From Haliotis rubra (Eukaryota): 64,000 nucleotides of DNA. The notes under the pieces were generated by a model, which saw only the letters and a list, made by a program, of their open reading frames with translations, did not search any database and had not been told where the DNA came from. Of the stretch, positions 1-12,827 are shown piece after piece. Both the position numbers and the translations under genes were made by a program. The stretch is from contig NW_025765346.1 of the NCBI RefSeq assembly GCF_003918875.1, positions 124,001-188,000 of the forward strand, read 5' to 3'. The first letter of the stretch is position 1, and every line of letters begins with the position of its first letter.

Positions 1-1049
1 TTCAGATCACTTCCTGGTGTGAAAACATGCATGTATTTTCGAGCTTCTCATGTGAAATATTTAAATACTTAAATACTTAAACCAGTGTGAAACCGGCATA
101 TTGTGTGTAGCACAACAGATGTCTATTCCATTATTCAGATTAAAAATCGCTGTGTCCATCTTGCTTGACTACGAGGAAAGACCGTTACACAGTGAGTATT
201 ATGCGGCTATTTTGATCATCATTTTTGGTTTCATCGAGTTACGTTTTACGCTTTTAGCAATATTCCAGCAATATCACGGCGGGGGACACCAGAATTTGGC
301 TTCACTCATTGTACCCATGTGGGGAATCGAACCCGGGTCTTCAGCGTGACGAGCGGACGCTTTAACCACCAGGCTACTTCACCGCCCCTGGTGACACCTA
401 AAATGTTTCCAATTTTCGATTTCGAATTCAAGTAGAAAAGTTTCTTATGCAGTGAACTACGTTTGTAACGAACACGCTTGTTGCGAAATGATGGGTATAA
501 AGAACTGTTTTGGCTCCGGTCACTTGCTGCATATCTTAACGCAAATACGTATAACGAACTACGTAGAAGAGAATAAATTTTAATATGCCAAATTCGAAAC
601 GAACAAAATAGAAATGCGAAGATTATCTGAAAAGAGGGAGAGAGCGAGCCATTGGTATGTCGATATTGGGAGTGTTAGAGATCCACATTGGAAGGACCTT
701 CTGCTGTTCCAAAAACACGGTGTGTTCCCTTTTTCAGTGTTACCGTTTGACAGGCAGAGCACGTGACAGGCCCTGAATAGGAATAGGAAGACGGCGAGTG
801 GCCACCCACACCCACAACCGTACCATACACGGTATCCGGAGATCAAAGGGTTTCACAGAATCTACACATTCGGAAATTCAAACCCGTATGTTTAGCTTAA
901 CTGGAGAACGCTGTCACCACTAGACTACCCGTTAAAACCATTGTGCCTGAGATGGAGACGTCCTTGACCCGGCAAAAATATAGCTGTATCTTCCCTGTTG
1001 GATCTAGTAGCAGGAAATACATACAGCAACAGTGACCACGATCTCAGTG

Positions 1050-4000
1050 ATGGCGGACACTTCAGACGACAGTTACCTGACAGTGGAACATCTCCAACCA
1101 CAGAGAGAAACACCGCCGATTCCAAGGAGCTTCTGTTCTGCCAAACGGGTCATCTTTACGACTGTTCTTGTTCTGTCGTTATCTGCCAATGCGGCTTTTC
1201 TATTCTATTTGTACCGTCACCACTTCAAGGACGCCACCAGAGACGATCAGCCAGTGCAGGTGTCACAATCGGAAGTTCATGGAAGCACGTTCTGCACGGA
1301 CTGCACGGACATTGGAGTACATCCGGGCATGCGAAACATTTCTGACCTTGAGGATCTATTGGTGCAAATCACTCCCAACTCGTCTTATCTGTGCTGTCTG
1401 AAGAATGTCCAGGGTCGACAGATGCTCCTGGATCTCGTAAGTTTTGGTTATTTCTGTTTTAAGCACATTTATTACTGTGGGCAGTTCGGTATTTGTTATA
1501 TCATTAGTTCAAGATAAAGGTTGCAAATTTATTAAAAATGTTTAAAGGGCAGAAAATGAAAATTTGTTTTCAGCAAAGTAACCCAAGGAATTTGATCATG
1601 ATCACAGAGCTAGTAGTGTGTCCTTGGTATAAGGAAATGAGTGAGTTTAGTTTTAAGCCGCCTTTAGCAATAATCAAGCAATATCACGGCGGGGGACACC
1701 AGAAAAGGGCTTCACATATTGTATCCATGTGGGGGATCAAACCCTGGTCTTCGACGTGACAAGCGAACGCTTTAACCACTAGGCTACCCCACCACCCTCG
1801 TAATAAGGATCGAATACAACTAATGACAACTAATAGCAAATATAACTAATAACAATGTGTAGACAATATCCTTCCGCAGATATCAAACATGAATTCTAGC
1901 CAGTTAAACGTAACTATTGCTAATTCACACATGATGATGATTAGATAGAGCTGTGAACGTGGTGAGTAAGTGAGTAATGGTTTTGTGAGTGAGTATATGG
2001 TTTTGTGAGTGAGTATATTCAAATTAGATATCGACATGTCGGAATTATGTGAGAGTGAGTGAGTAGGTGAGTATAGTTTTACGGAGCAACTTGAAGAATG
2101 CCTATGAAAAAATTTACATCAAAACTGCCTGTATTAAGTTGTCCGCACCATACAAGTGAGTGAGTGAGTGAGTGAGTATGGTTTTACGCCAGCAATATTA
2201 AGGGGTGGGACAGCAGAAATGGGCTTCGCATATTGTACCCAGGTGGGGAACCGAACCGGGGACTTCACTGTGACGAGCGAACGCTGGACCTATTGGGCTA
2301 CCCGTCGCTCCGTTGTTTGTGGGAGGAAAGTCCCGAGTAATGCAGATGTCAGACGCTCAACACCTTTTTGAAAAAGACGCGCATGGCTATGGTACTGACA
2401 TATAATCGGGGCGAACCTCGTGTGACTTAGCCTCTGTATTCTGACAACCCGTGAAGATCCAGGTTAGAATTAGTCTTCAGCAACCCATGCTTGTTTTAAG
2501 GGGCGACTAACGGGATCGGGTGGTCAGGTTCGCTGACTTGGTTGACACATGTCATCGTATCCCAACTGCGCAGATCAAGCTGTTGATCACTGGATTGTCT
2601 GGTCCAGACTCGAGTATATAGAGTTCGAAGACATATAGCTGGAATAGTGCTGAGTGTGGCGTTAAACGACAAACTTTAAGCACCGTGAACCAAATGTTTT
2701 TACTTCGGTGTATGTTTAGTGTTTATTGCACTTGATATGGAAGTTCGCTCATCCAATAACGTTGGTTATAATCGCACTAGCAGTGTATATGACTCATTAA
2801 TGATAGAAAGTAGTGATTCAACGTTGTATCATGCACGTGGAGACTTTGAGATGATCACTGACATGGAAACTGATATAGCAACACATTCATGAGCGTGTGA
2901 CACTGAAACCAACTGATGAGGACATTTTGTTTGTTGCTTGGTATGTACCTATAAATAGACTGTGGTGTACCGTTATTATATTTATGTCATCTTTCCCCGT
3001 GGTGAAATTCCGGTTTCGAAAAGCCATCATCAACCTAGTTTTGTTTTAAAAAATGCAATTAGTAGGATCGGGAAGTCAGGCTCACAGATTTAGTTGATGC
3101 ATGGCAACATGTTCCAACTGTCTTTAATAGATTGCTGCTCGCGATGTCAATCACTGGATTGTCTGGTACAGTATAGTGTGCAACGTTCGACAACAAACAA
3201 ATAATGTGGTTTACTTACGAAAGGAAAATGTAGCATCAATGCTCATGCTGTTGATCACTGGATTGTCTGGTCCTGACATCGAATATGATAATAATATACA
3301 TACCGTTGCTTTATAGCTGGACTATTGGTGAGTGCGGCTTTAAACAACGGATTTTAGGCACCATGAGCCAAAGGAAACCACTGTTGTTGAAAATGACGTT
3401 TATGTTATCCTTGAAGGGAAAACCAACGAAGCATACAAAAAGCGATCAATTGCATGTGGACGAGGGGCGGTGGGGTAGCCTGGTGGTCACGCAAAAGACC
3501 CGGGTTCGAATCCCCACATGTGTACAATGTGTGAAGCCCATTTCTAGTATCCCTTGTCGTGATATTGCTGGAATATTGTTAATACGGCGTAAAATACAAC
3601 TCACTCAGACGCGAATTTGGAAGCAGTAAACCCACGTTGGGAATCAAACTTAACGCCACACTCAGCAATATTCCCGCGCAGCGGTCTGTAAATAATCGAG
3701 TCTTGGCCAGACAATCCAGTGATCAACAGCATGAGCATCGATCTTCACAACTGGGATACGATGACATGTGTCAACCCAGTCAGCAAGCCTGACCACCCGA
3801 TCCCGTTAGTCGCCTCTTACAAGCCTAGGTTACTGAAGACCAATTCTAACCCAGGCTGTATCTTAGCTCTTTCATTCAGTTCACTGACCAATCCAACAAC
3901 GCATTCAAATCCCAACAACCGGGCGCCGGTTTAGTGTTCACTCGTAAGTCCGGAGCCCATCTGTATCTGAACTCGGACGCATCGAAAAAGAGTAAGTAGA

Positions 4001-5652
4001 AAACTAATGACTATTAATTAATTCATGATTCATTCACATACAAGGTACGGATTCAAAGAGGAATAGTCAACTACATACCATGTTTGTCGCAGGAACTCAT
4101 TGAGGAGGATAGATTGCTATCGCCTGTATGGTTAAGTGGATCATACTTCTGAGAGAGCAGAAGGTGAGCGGTTCGATCCCCGACCACGTCGTACGAAACG
4201 AAAAGCGTTCACGTACCCTGCTTCGAGCTCTGCTTTGAAGTATACAACACGGAGGTTCTTGAGAGCATATAAAAGTTGATATTCAAGTATAAGACAAATT
4301 ATTATGGATGTCAACTTCTTCTTCTTTTTTTGTTTGGGGCGGTGGGGTAGTCTAGTGGTTAAAGCGTTGGCTCGTCACGCCGAAGACCCGGGTTCGAATC
4401 CCCACATGGGTACAATGAGTGAAGCCCATTTCTGGTGTCCCCCGCCGTGATATTGCTGGAATATTGCTAAAAGCGGCGTAAAACCAAACTGTCAGTCAGT
4501 CAGTCTTTTTTTGTTTACTCAACGTTTCTGGTTTTTCTTTGCCCATTCATCATTCACCTGACAAAGGATCAAGGAAAAGTCCAGACACGTTGTGTATACA
4601 ATACAGAAGAACTTGACATTCATAATATTTTGTCTTACACAACAAGGAATTATCGGCCCGACGTATGTATACTGCGTCTGAGTCTGACATCCGTGGTACA
4701 TTGCGGCACGACTGAAAAAGAGCATTAGTCTAGACTGGAACACAAACACACGTACGCACGCATGCACGTTTGTACGCACGCACACACCCACCACCTACGT
4801 GTATTCACGTGACTTCAGAAGTACTATAGTAACTCCATTTTACATCACCAGCAATGTGTGAGCTGGCAGACAGTAAACTATGTTGTTTCGTTGTCATCAA
4901 AGTGGAGCAGTTACATCTCGCCCCGCCATATAGCTGGAATAATGCTGAGTGCAGCCCTAACAAACAAACATGTCGCCCCTATGCATCAGTTGTTTTCGCC
5001 CATGCGTATAGTACAGATTAATAACATTGCTAATAACAAATAGCGCGATGTCACATACGTTGATACGTTATACGACAATAAATATATCAGATAATTCCAC
5101 ATATATACTGGACAAAAATAGTTAGGGATATATGTAAATTTTGAAATTATGAATAATGATCTATTTATTCATTGACACACTGATTAAATATCAATCATGA
5201 AAATACAATATCCCTAATTTATTTTGTCCAGTATATTTTCTTCACCGTGCTTTTCAGGTGGATCGCTGGAATGGACTGATGAAACCCACTGTTCCGCCAA
5301 CACAAATGACAGCGTCATCTACGACAACAAGACACTCCAAATCAAACGACGCGGCACCTACCGTATCTACTCCCTCCTCACACTGAAATCCCAACACTGG
5401 CACCGACAACCTGACAACGTCGTACATGTTATGAAGAGGAGCAACACAAACCTGCCCAACCTGGGTAGCATATACATCATCATGGCCAAGAAGACATTAC
5501 CGGAAGTCAGCGGGAGGTTCGTCACGAGTTATCTGTCCGCGACTGTCAGACTGAGGCAAGGTGATCACGTGTCTGTAACTGTGAGCAACATGTCATATGT
5601 CTACCGGTTTCCGTCATCTAATTTCTTTGGTTTGTACTACGTTGGGGAGTGA
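1050..5652 (+). CDS. TNF-superfamily ligand (type II membrane, FasL/TRAIL-like), 3 coding exons, ~297 aa
   Basis: Exon 1, 1050-1436: ATG, transmembrane segment VIFTTVLVLSLSANAAFLFYLY, Cys-rich stalk, donor GTAAGT, phase 0. Exon 2, 3880-3991: TTCAG acceptor, FTDQ...RKSGAHLYLN (TNF strand A), donor GTAAGT, phase 1. Exon 3, 5258-5652: LEW, LQIKRRGTYRIYSLLT, TSYLSATVRLRQGDHVSV and NFFGLY TNF-domain motifs, then stop. Joined length is 894 nt with the frame intact. Confidence 0.9.
4336..4500 (+). mobile_element. tRNA-derived SINE family A (representative full copy)
   Basis: GGGGCGGTGGGGTAG.CTAGTGGTTAAAGCG A box, GGGTTCGAATCCC B box, and tail GCTGGAATATTGCTAAAAGCGGCGTAAAA. Other copies lie near 237-388(-), 1637-1797(-), 2156-2310(-), 3463-3607, 7696-7855, 13585-13672(-), 26083-26245(-), 32650-32813(-), 32987-33130(-), 40570-40720(-), 47241-47403(-), 49606-49774(-), 60931-61110 and 62905-63050. 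Confidence 0.9.
5106..5233. mobile_element. ~130-bp Tc1/mariner-type MITE, copy 1
   Basis: TIR TACTGGACAAAA..AGGGATAT / ATATCCCT..TTTTGTCCAGTA, flanked by TA. Near-identical copy at 57599-57726. Confidence 0.8.
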
Positions 5653-5976
5653 TCGAAAGCAGTAACATATTTCTGTAAAATCTGTCAACTTTTGCAGGAG
5701 AATCATATCATGTACTTATAATGTAGGTTTTAGCTGTTTTATTGTAACATATGAAAAGCAGGTGGTATACGTCGACATGCACGAACCGGATTCCATGAGA
5801 TCCCAAAACACCGGGTTGAGGAAGACCTTTCGAAACCGGATTTTCATGGGTAAAAATTACATGAGTATGATAACTGTACATCACATAACGGTACATTCTG
5901 TAACTTACAATGCCTTCGTAAAAAATCAAGGGAGTGTCGACCTAAGAAGTTTGGATACAATTATATGTGTCAACTA

Positions 5977-6373
5977 CAGTCCGTTTGGTTTTACTTGAGG
6001 CCGATGAATTGCTCACTAACACAAAATCTAATGAATGCAACAAAACCAAATATTGCACAGTCACATGGAATCGAGAGACCAACTCTGATAATTTGTCCCA
6101 TAATTTTGGACACCCGAATAAAAATGTTGTTTAACAAACCATCATTATTTTGCTGTCACTTTTCGCTATTGTTTACGAGGGGGATCACTTGGGGTGGAAC
6201 AACAAGCGCGTGTAGTGAAATTTAAGTTTCACACTTGTTTCTCGCATATTTGAGACAAATCACCAGAGTTGGTCTGTCGATTTAACGTGACTGTGCAAAA
6301 TTTGGTTTTGTTGCAATTATTAGATTTTGTGTTAGTGAGCAATTCATCGGTCTCAAATGAAATCAAAGGACTG
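5977..6373. mobile_element. Tc1/mariner-type MITE with ~140-bp TIRs
   Basis: TA|CAGTCC...GGACTG|TA termini and long imperfect inverted arms (GATGAATTGCTCACTAACACAAAATCTAAT / ATTAGATTTTGTGTTAGTGAGCAATTCATC). Confidence 0.85.
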
Positions 6374-8561
6374 TAGGTCACCGATCGGGACCATCCGATC
6401 CGGTCAGTCGTGTCTTACTACAAGACCAGTCCAATCTCGGATCACATATCTCCACCAGCGTGAACAGTATTGGCTCAGTGAAGGAACACGCACACGTGAA
6501 ATGAACCCATGTCCCGGTACTGCCTCTAACCACCAGCGTTGGTTCCTGAAGATCAATTCTAACCCTAAATTCACAACATTGTCTCTTTGAATCACAACCA
6601 TGTAAGATGAGTTCCCATGTGACGATTCTAATGCCTGCTTATCGCAATTGGTGCAACTTTTGCATAAAGACACATCTTGTTTGTTCGTTGTGTGTTGTTT
6701 AATGCCGTTGTTGACTGCGCTCTGTAAATAATCGAGTCCGGACCAAACAATCAAGTCATCAACAGCATGGGCACCGATCTACGCAAATGGGATACGGTGA
6801 CATATGTCAACCAAGTCAGCCAGTCTGACTACCGGATCCCGTTAGTCGCCTCTAAATACAAGCTTGTGTTTCCTGAATTCCCAATCCGGAAGTATAAAAT
6901 GTGTTACTATTGTAATTGCTTTGAACATGAACACTACACTCACATTATATTACATGATACAAAAATAGAATTTGGAAGATCTTATTCTGAGGAATTCATA
7001 CATTTTCACCCTAAATTCATGGAAAAATCTAAGATTTATGTTTCCGGAAGTAAGGGATGACCCACATTTTGAAGCCTTGGTGGAACCAAAGTCAAATTTT
7101 GACATGACATTTAAAAATTTAGTAATCGGTTTGACATCATGAGCATCGATCTACGATTTGAAATACGATGACATGTGTCAACCAATTGCAAGTCAGCGAG
7201 TCTGACCACCAGATCTCGTTTGACGCCTCTCAAAAGCATGGGTTGTTGAAGACCAGTTGTTATCAAGATACTCGCGGAGTTTTCAAGTGTGTAAAACTGT
7301 TGGCGTCAGAGCGATTTGTTTGTTGTTCAACGCCGCACTAGCAATATTCCAGCTAAATGGAGATCAACCTTTTAACTAAAGTCGACAGAAATTCCACTTC
7401 AGATTAACTAATGTGCATATGGCCATGTGAATTAGATATACAAACGTCCAGTTTTTGTTGTATGTGTTTTAACGCCGCACTCAGCAATGTTACAGCTGAG
7501 TGATCAACAGTATGGGATTCGGACTCGGCAATTGGGATACGATGACATGTTATCAACCAAGTCGGCGAGCATGATCATGTGATCCCGTTAGTCGCCTTTT
7601 TACGACAAGCATGGGTTACTGAAGACCAAGTCTAACCCGGATCTTCACGGGTCCATTCGAACGAAAATATCCATGTATATACCGTTTGTATCAAGTGGGG
7701 AGGTGGGGTAGCCTAGTGGTTAAAGCGTTGGCTCGTAACGCCGCAGACCCGGGTTCGAATCCCCACATGGGTACAATGTGTGAAGCCCATTTCTGGTGTC
7801 CCCCTCCGTGATATTGCTGGAATATTGCTAAAAGCGGCATAAAACCAAACTCACGTCCTACATGGAATGAAACCCAGCTTTCTAAGTATACATTCTGTAC
7901 ATACGCTTTATCTGTCAAAGGAAATGCACATGGCACGCTATCGGATGTAGAACCGAAAGCGAAAATAAGACGGATGCTTCAAATGAAAACATTGAGCAAT
8001 GACACATTGTTATATCTGTTAGATATCCTCTTTATGTCTTAATTGGAAGGGAGTACTTTTATCAAAACGTACGGTCGTAGGCAGTGATTGATTTATACAT
8101 TGATCGTGAGCTGTACGGAAAATAGAATACATTGATTCTTAAAATAGCATTCTCGGGAAATTGAACTTTATACCAGCTGGTTATGCCCTGGAGCGAAAAT
8201 AGAACACGTTGATCCTTAAAACAGCATTCTCGGGGAATTCTACTTGATGCCACCTGGATACACACTTGACATATTTTAAAACAGGAAGGAGTTGAGGATT
8301 GTTGAAAAATACACGTTTAGTTTAACAGTGGAAATGTCCAAACGATTTCCCTTGTTCAAATATCACTCCACAACGTTGTTAAATCAACCCGATTGACCAC
8401 ACATTCCTGTAATTTCAACACTCACTTAACTGGATGTTACGCTTAATGTTTTAATTCTACACATCCTTGCTTTAGTTCATAACCTTTTTATTACCTCAAA
8501 TAACCAAAAAGTATCATTTCGTCGACCAGGATATTACATTATGTAAACAGTGATGGGAAGT

Positions 8562-8802
8562 AGTGAGTGAGTTTAGTTTTACCCCGCACTCAGCAATATT
8601 CCAGCTATATGGCGGCGGTCTGTAAATAATCGAGTCGGGACCAGACAATCCAGTGATCAACAACATGAGCATCGACCTGCGCAATTGGGAACCGATGACA
8701 TGTGTCAACCAAGCCAGCGAGCCTGACCACCCGATCCCGTTAGTCGCCTCTTACGACAGGCATGGGTTACTGAAGGTTCATTCCAACCCGGACCTTCACG
8801 GG
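8562..8802 (-). mobile_element. SINE-like family B (GTCGTAAGAGGCGACTAA core; representative copy)
   Basis: ~240-bp repeat ACCCGTGAAG...CATGCYTGTCGTAAGAGGCGACTAACGGGATCGGGTGG...ATATAGCTGGAATATTGCTGAGTGCGG. Copies lie near 2447-2672, 3650-3855, 6690-6850, 7460-7652, 17000-17160, 19545-19780, 29427-29649, 41290-41470, 46650-46878, 48986-49220, 54640-54880 and 61645-61768. Confidence 0.85.
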
Positions 8803-9610
8803 TGTGATGGGGAGTAAGTTGAGATGGGATTAACGTCGCTTTTGATCGTATTTAGAGAGATACTGTTACACCATTACAGTTTAAAGTGGATACCACTACA
8901 GCAAACTGTCTCCGAACTGACCAGTTCTAGTCTTATTTACTTATTGCCAAGCCATAGGCCACAAGCTACTATCTTTTACTACTTTTTCGTAGGACTTCAC
9001 GAGAGATTGCACACTCGGACTAACCCTCTGTTCACAAGACCTAGTGCCACACTGTTCATCTTAAGAATCTATTGTCAGACTCGGTGAGTGAGTGAGTGAG
9101 TTAATATTTAACGTCACATCGGCAATATTTCAGCCATATCGTGACGAGAACATATGTGACATTGAAATGGAATATATGTATATTATAAAAACCTGTCGAC
9201 GAAGGACAGTAAAACAACTAGAATATCACAATTACAACTAAAACTAGTGTGGAAAGTCAAAACTGATAACACTATTTGGACAATACAATATAAAAACAGG
9301 CTATAGATCGCCAACAACTGAAGGTAGATCACCATACATACTAGGGACTATGATGCATGACTTACAGTACCTTCGAAATCGACTTATTTGGAACAGACCA
9401 TGGTTTCATGCAAATTAGTCTGCGATGATATTGCATTACAAAGGAAACTTTTTAAATGCCCATTTTGAAATTAAAACTAGCTTCATTATAAACGATAGCT
9501 GACGTAAAAAGTAATAACTTTAAGACTGAAACTATTAAGGATTTAGCTACCATGGAGCCGTACTATCACTATAAAATGAAACAGGTATGAGGGGTCGTCT
9601 CCTTCATATT

Positions 9611-10540
9611 TGAATTCTTGTTTCTAACCTGGTATTCATCTGCTAGGGGAACATTTTGTTTGTGTCGAACATCGCACAACTCGAAGTATTTATAAGTATA
9701 TATATTCCTTCAAATTCGAATTCTTGTTTCTAACCTGGTATTCATCTGCTAGGAGAACATTTTGTTTGTGTCGAACATCGGACAAATCGAAGTATTTATA
9801 AGTATATATGTTCCTTCAAATTCGAGTGGGTGAGTGAGTTAAAATTTAAAGTCGCATCGGCAATATCTCAGCCAAATCGTGACTAAAACTAGTTCTAAAT
9901 TCATAATACATACATATAATATATAAAACCCTGTCAACGAAGGACAGTAAAAGTACTAGATTATCACAAAATGAGTTAAACCTAGCTAGCATATATCTTT
10001 AAAAGTAGAAAGCTATTTTTGGACAATACAATGTAAAAATGGGCTAGTAATCGCCAACAACTGAAGGTAGATCACCATACTAGGGTCCATGGGGACTTAC
10101 AGTGCCTTTGCTACCTGCATGGACGCTAGCTGGATTTACAGCATCCCTTCAGCCATTGGCGTTTATGCTGAGATTTAGCCATAAGTTGAAATGACAAAAT
10201 TACTACGATTAAAAACCTGGTAGACTTAAATTTACTTGAAATGTTATGGGAATTACGTACCCTCTCAGGAGGACAATATTTTTACGCTCTCATTTTTACT
10301 GCTAGTTTCTCATTTAAATCACCAATACTAAAAGTGCATGTATGTACAAAACATATGAATCAAATTCACCTATCAGTTCTTTTTTCGTTTAAAAATTCGA
10401 TAATAAAATGATAATTGACATTACTTCAAATTCGAATTCTTGTTCCTAACCTGGAACTTATATGCTAGGAGAACACTTTGTTTGTGTCGAACATCGGACA
10501 AATCGAAGTATTTATAAGTATATATGTTCCTTCAAATTTG
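9611..10540. repeat. ~105-bp unit, two tandem copies plus a third copy beyond an inserted family-C element
   Basis: GAATTCTTGTT.CTAACCTGG...TTTGTTTGTGTCGAACATCG..CAA.TCGAAGTATTTATAAGTATATA at ~9612, ~9718 and ~10434. Confidence 0.85.
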
Positions 10541-11346
10541 ACAAACTAGTGTTTGAATGTCTAAACATGAACCTAATGACAATTCGAAATTATCAATTCC
10601 TTGTAAATATGGTAAAAGTTATAAAGATAATTCCGCGTAACTCATCTGTTATTCGCTCACCAATACAATATACACTACAGGAGTCTTTGCGTAAACACCC
10701 AATGTCCGATCTTAAAGGTGCACGCCTTAGTTTGCCATGTCTTTGAGACCATCGCCGAAGATGTGGGTAATTTGGATTATACGTCTCGCAATGTAATTGT
10801 TTTAAGGTTATATTAGTTTATTTAAAGGTCCGTTCTCAAGGTGCGACTTGAAGTAACAACCTATAGTATCTACCTGTCGTATCTACATATAGATTTAAAA
10901 TGAGATGATAAATGAGTTGATAGGTCTTGGAATCTCTCGCGATAATCTCGTCGTGGGAGATGGTGGCGTTAATTGCCGTACATTTGATAAATGAAAAAAA
11001 AAGAAACCACAAATCTGTTTGGGTAGGCAGTGGATACTGCGCAGACGTACCACCGGCGTTTAGTTCGAGTCCCAACGTGGGTCTACGGCTTCCAAATTTG
11101 CGACTGAATGAGTTGAGTTTTAGGCCGTATTAACAATATTCCAGCAATATCACAACGGGGAATACTCGATTATTTACAGCCCGCAGCCATAGAGCTGGAA
11201 TATTGCTGAGTGCGGCGTAAAACTAAACTCACTCAGTCATTTATAATGCATGCGTGTATTACTGAAAATGATGTAATAATATCAGTAAAATTGGTACTAA
11301 CGTACACCGAGATTTTCTCTACAGGCACTGAACTGAATATTGTTGG

Positions 11347-11521
11347 TGTATCATATGACATCACGAGAATGGTTTCAGTGACAACACTACCCTCGTGAGA
11401 CATGATATTCGATCTCCTGCAACACACCAGTACTCTGTCACAAGACAAATGACCCGCTCTTATCCCGGTCAGCATCCTGGAACGTAACTCGTGATGGTCA
11501 ACAAAGTGTTGTGTTTTGGCG
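11347..11521 (+). promoter_or_regulatory. Conserved upstream non-coding block, serpin 1 copy
   Basis: High similarity to 19039-19216 while the flanks have diverged. The regulatory role is inferred. Confidence 0.45.
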
Positions 11522-11611
11522 AGTATGTTAATATTTTGGGAACCGTTTATTTCTTTTTTTTTTGGAGGTGAGGTGAAATTGGGTTTCACGTCGTGCTTGA
11601 GAATATTTCGC

Positions 11612-11917
11612 TCATATGACGACGTGCATGCGTGTGTGTGTATGTACGGCTGGTTGTACTAGCCCAGACTTAGCTGGTTTTATAGTGCTAGTCCACTGAG
11701 ATACCATGCCGCAGTGAAGCATGGATATCCCCCACTCAGACACATTATACTGACTCCGAGCCGACCAGTCCTTGTTGTACCCATTAATGCCGAGCGCCAG
11801 GCAGGGACCAACAAGTACCATATTTTAACGTCTTTTGGCATGATGCGATCGGGGATCGAACCCGCGACCTTCCGCACTCCGGGCGGACACTCTAACCACG
11901 ACACCACGGAGGCGGTC
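11612..11917 (-). mobile_element. tRNA-derived SINE, MetaSINE-like core
   Basis: Minus strand has A box GTGGTGTCGTGGTTAG, B box GGGTTCGATCCCC, core AAAGACGTTAAAATATGGTACTTG..CCTGCCTGGCGCTCGGCATT and a CA-rich tail. Confidence 0.75.
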
Positions 11918-12827
11918 TATTCTTTTTGTATGCCTTTTGGATCAGTACCCTTAAGGTTCCACGGAAGAAAATCCATTGTTGACATGCTGTATAAATTGCA
12001 TTCCAGCACCACCTCCAAAGCAAATATTAAGAGCTTTGCAGCAGTGACTGAAAAGTTATCTTATCTCAATACCCAAGGAACAATTATAATCCCGCTTATA
12101 TTACACACAATTAATAAAATGATGCGCATACAGTTTGGATATCAAAGAAAGATTTACCTCTTCACATCACGAACAAGATGAACGTCAATAATGAAGCATA
12201 CAGATTTTTGCTTGATAACGGTGTGAACATCTACACCAAAACGTCGCTATAAGCAATAAACAAGAAGTTATACATGGAGGTGTATGCTTCATTAGTGGCC
12301 CACCAACTTCTAGAATGCCGATCAAACGATTAAGATGGACGTCATGTTTCTCCCTGGTTCCTAACATGACATTTTGATAATGGTCAAAAATAATAATAAA
12401 AAAATCGAAAAGAAGTGTCCCCAAATCATAGGAGTCTCCTTTGTATGGTTCCAAATTTATCATAAGCGTGTCCCTATCGTTGCTTATTATTATATCAATC
12501 GCTTCTCTGAATCAATTTCTTTACAGACTTCCGACATAATTATATCGAGGGAAAAAATAAGGGATCACATGAAAGCACAAGTATTCCTTTATTTTTTTTC
12601 CAGGTTTCTTCACAAGCTGTGCGATACAATGCTTGTGAAGAAATCTTTCAAAACAATAAAGGAACACTTGTATTTCATGTGATCCCTTATTTTTTCCCCT
12701 CAGTATATTAACGGACCACTGTGATTGTGACAAACGGAGTGTACATGATACATTCGCCCAAATACAGCAGTCAGGCGTGTCACAAACCGTGTCACTCCTC
12801 CGTTCACAGAACAATATACAGCACATC

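Noticed and set aside
840-885. NF-kB-like sites upstream of TNF (GGGTTTCAC, GGAAATTCAA)
   Set aside because: Only partial matches to GGGRNWYYCC, and expected by chance.
4336-4420. tRNA-like A/B boxes
   Set aside because: These are heads of multi-copy SINEs followed by a common body and tail, not tRNA genes.
4540-4680. Open frame PFIIHLTKDQ... as a TNF middle exon
   Set aside because: No adequate acceptor; 3880-3991 fits phase and motif better.
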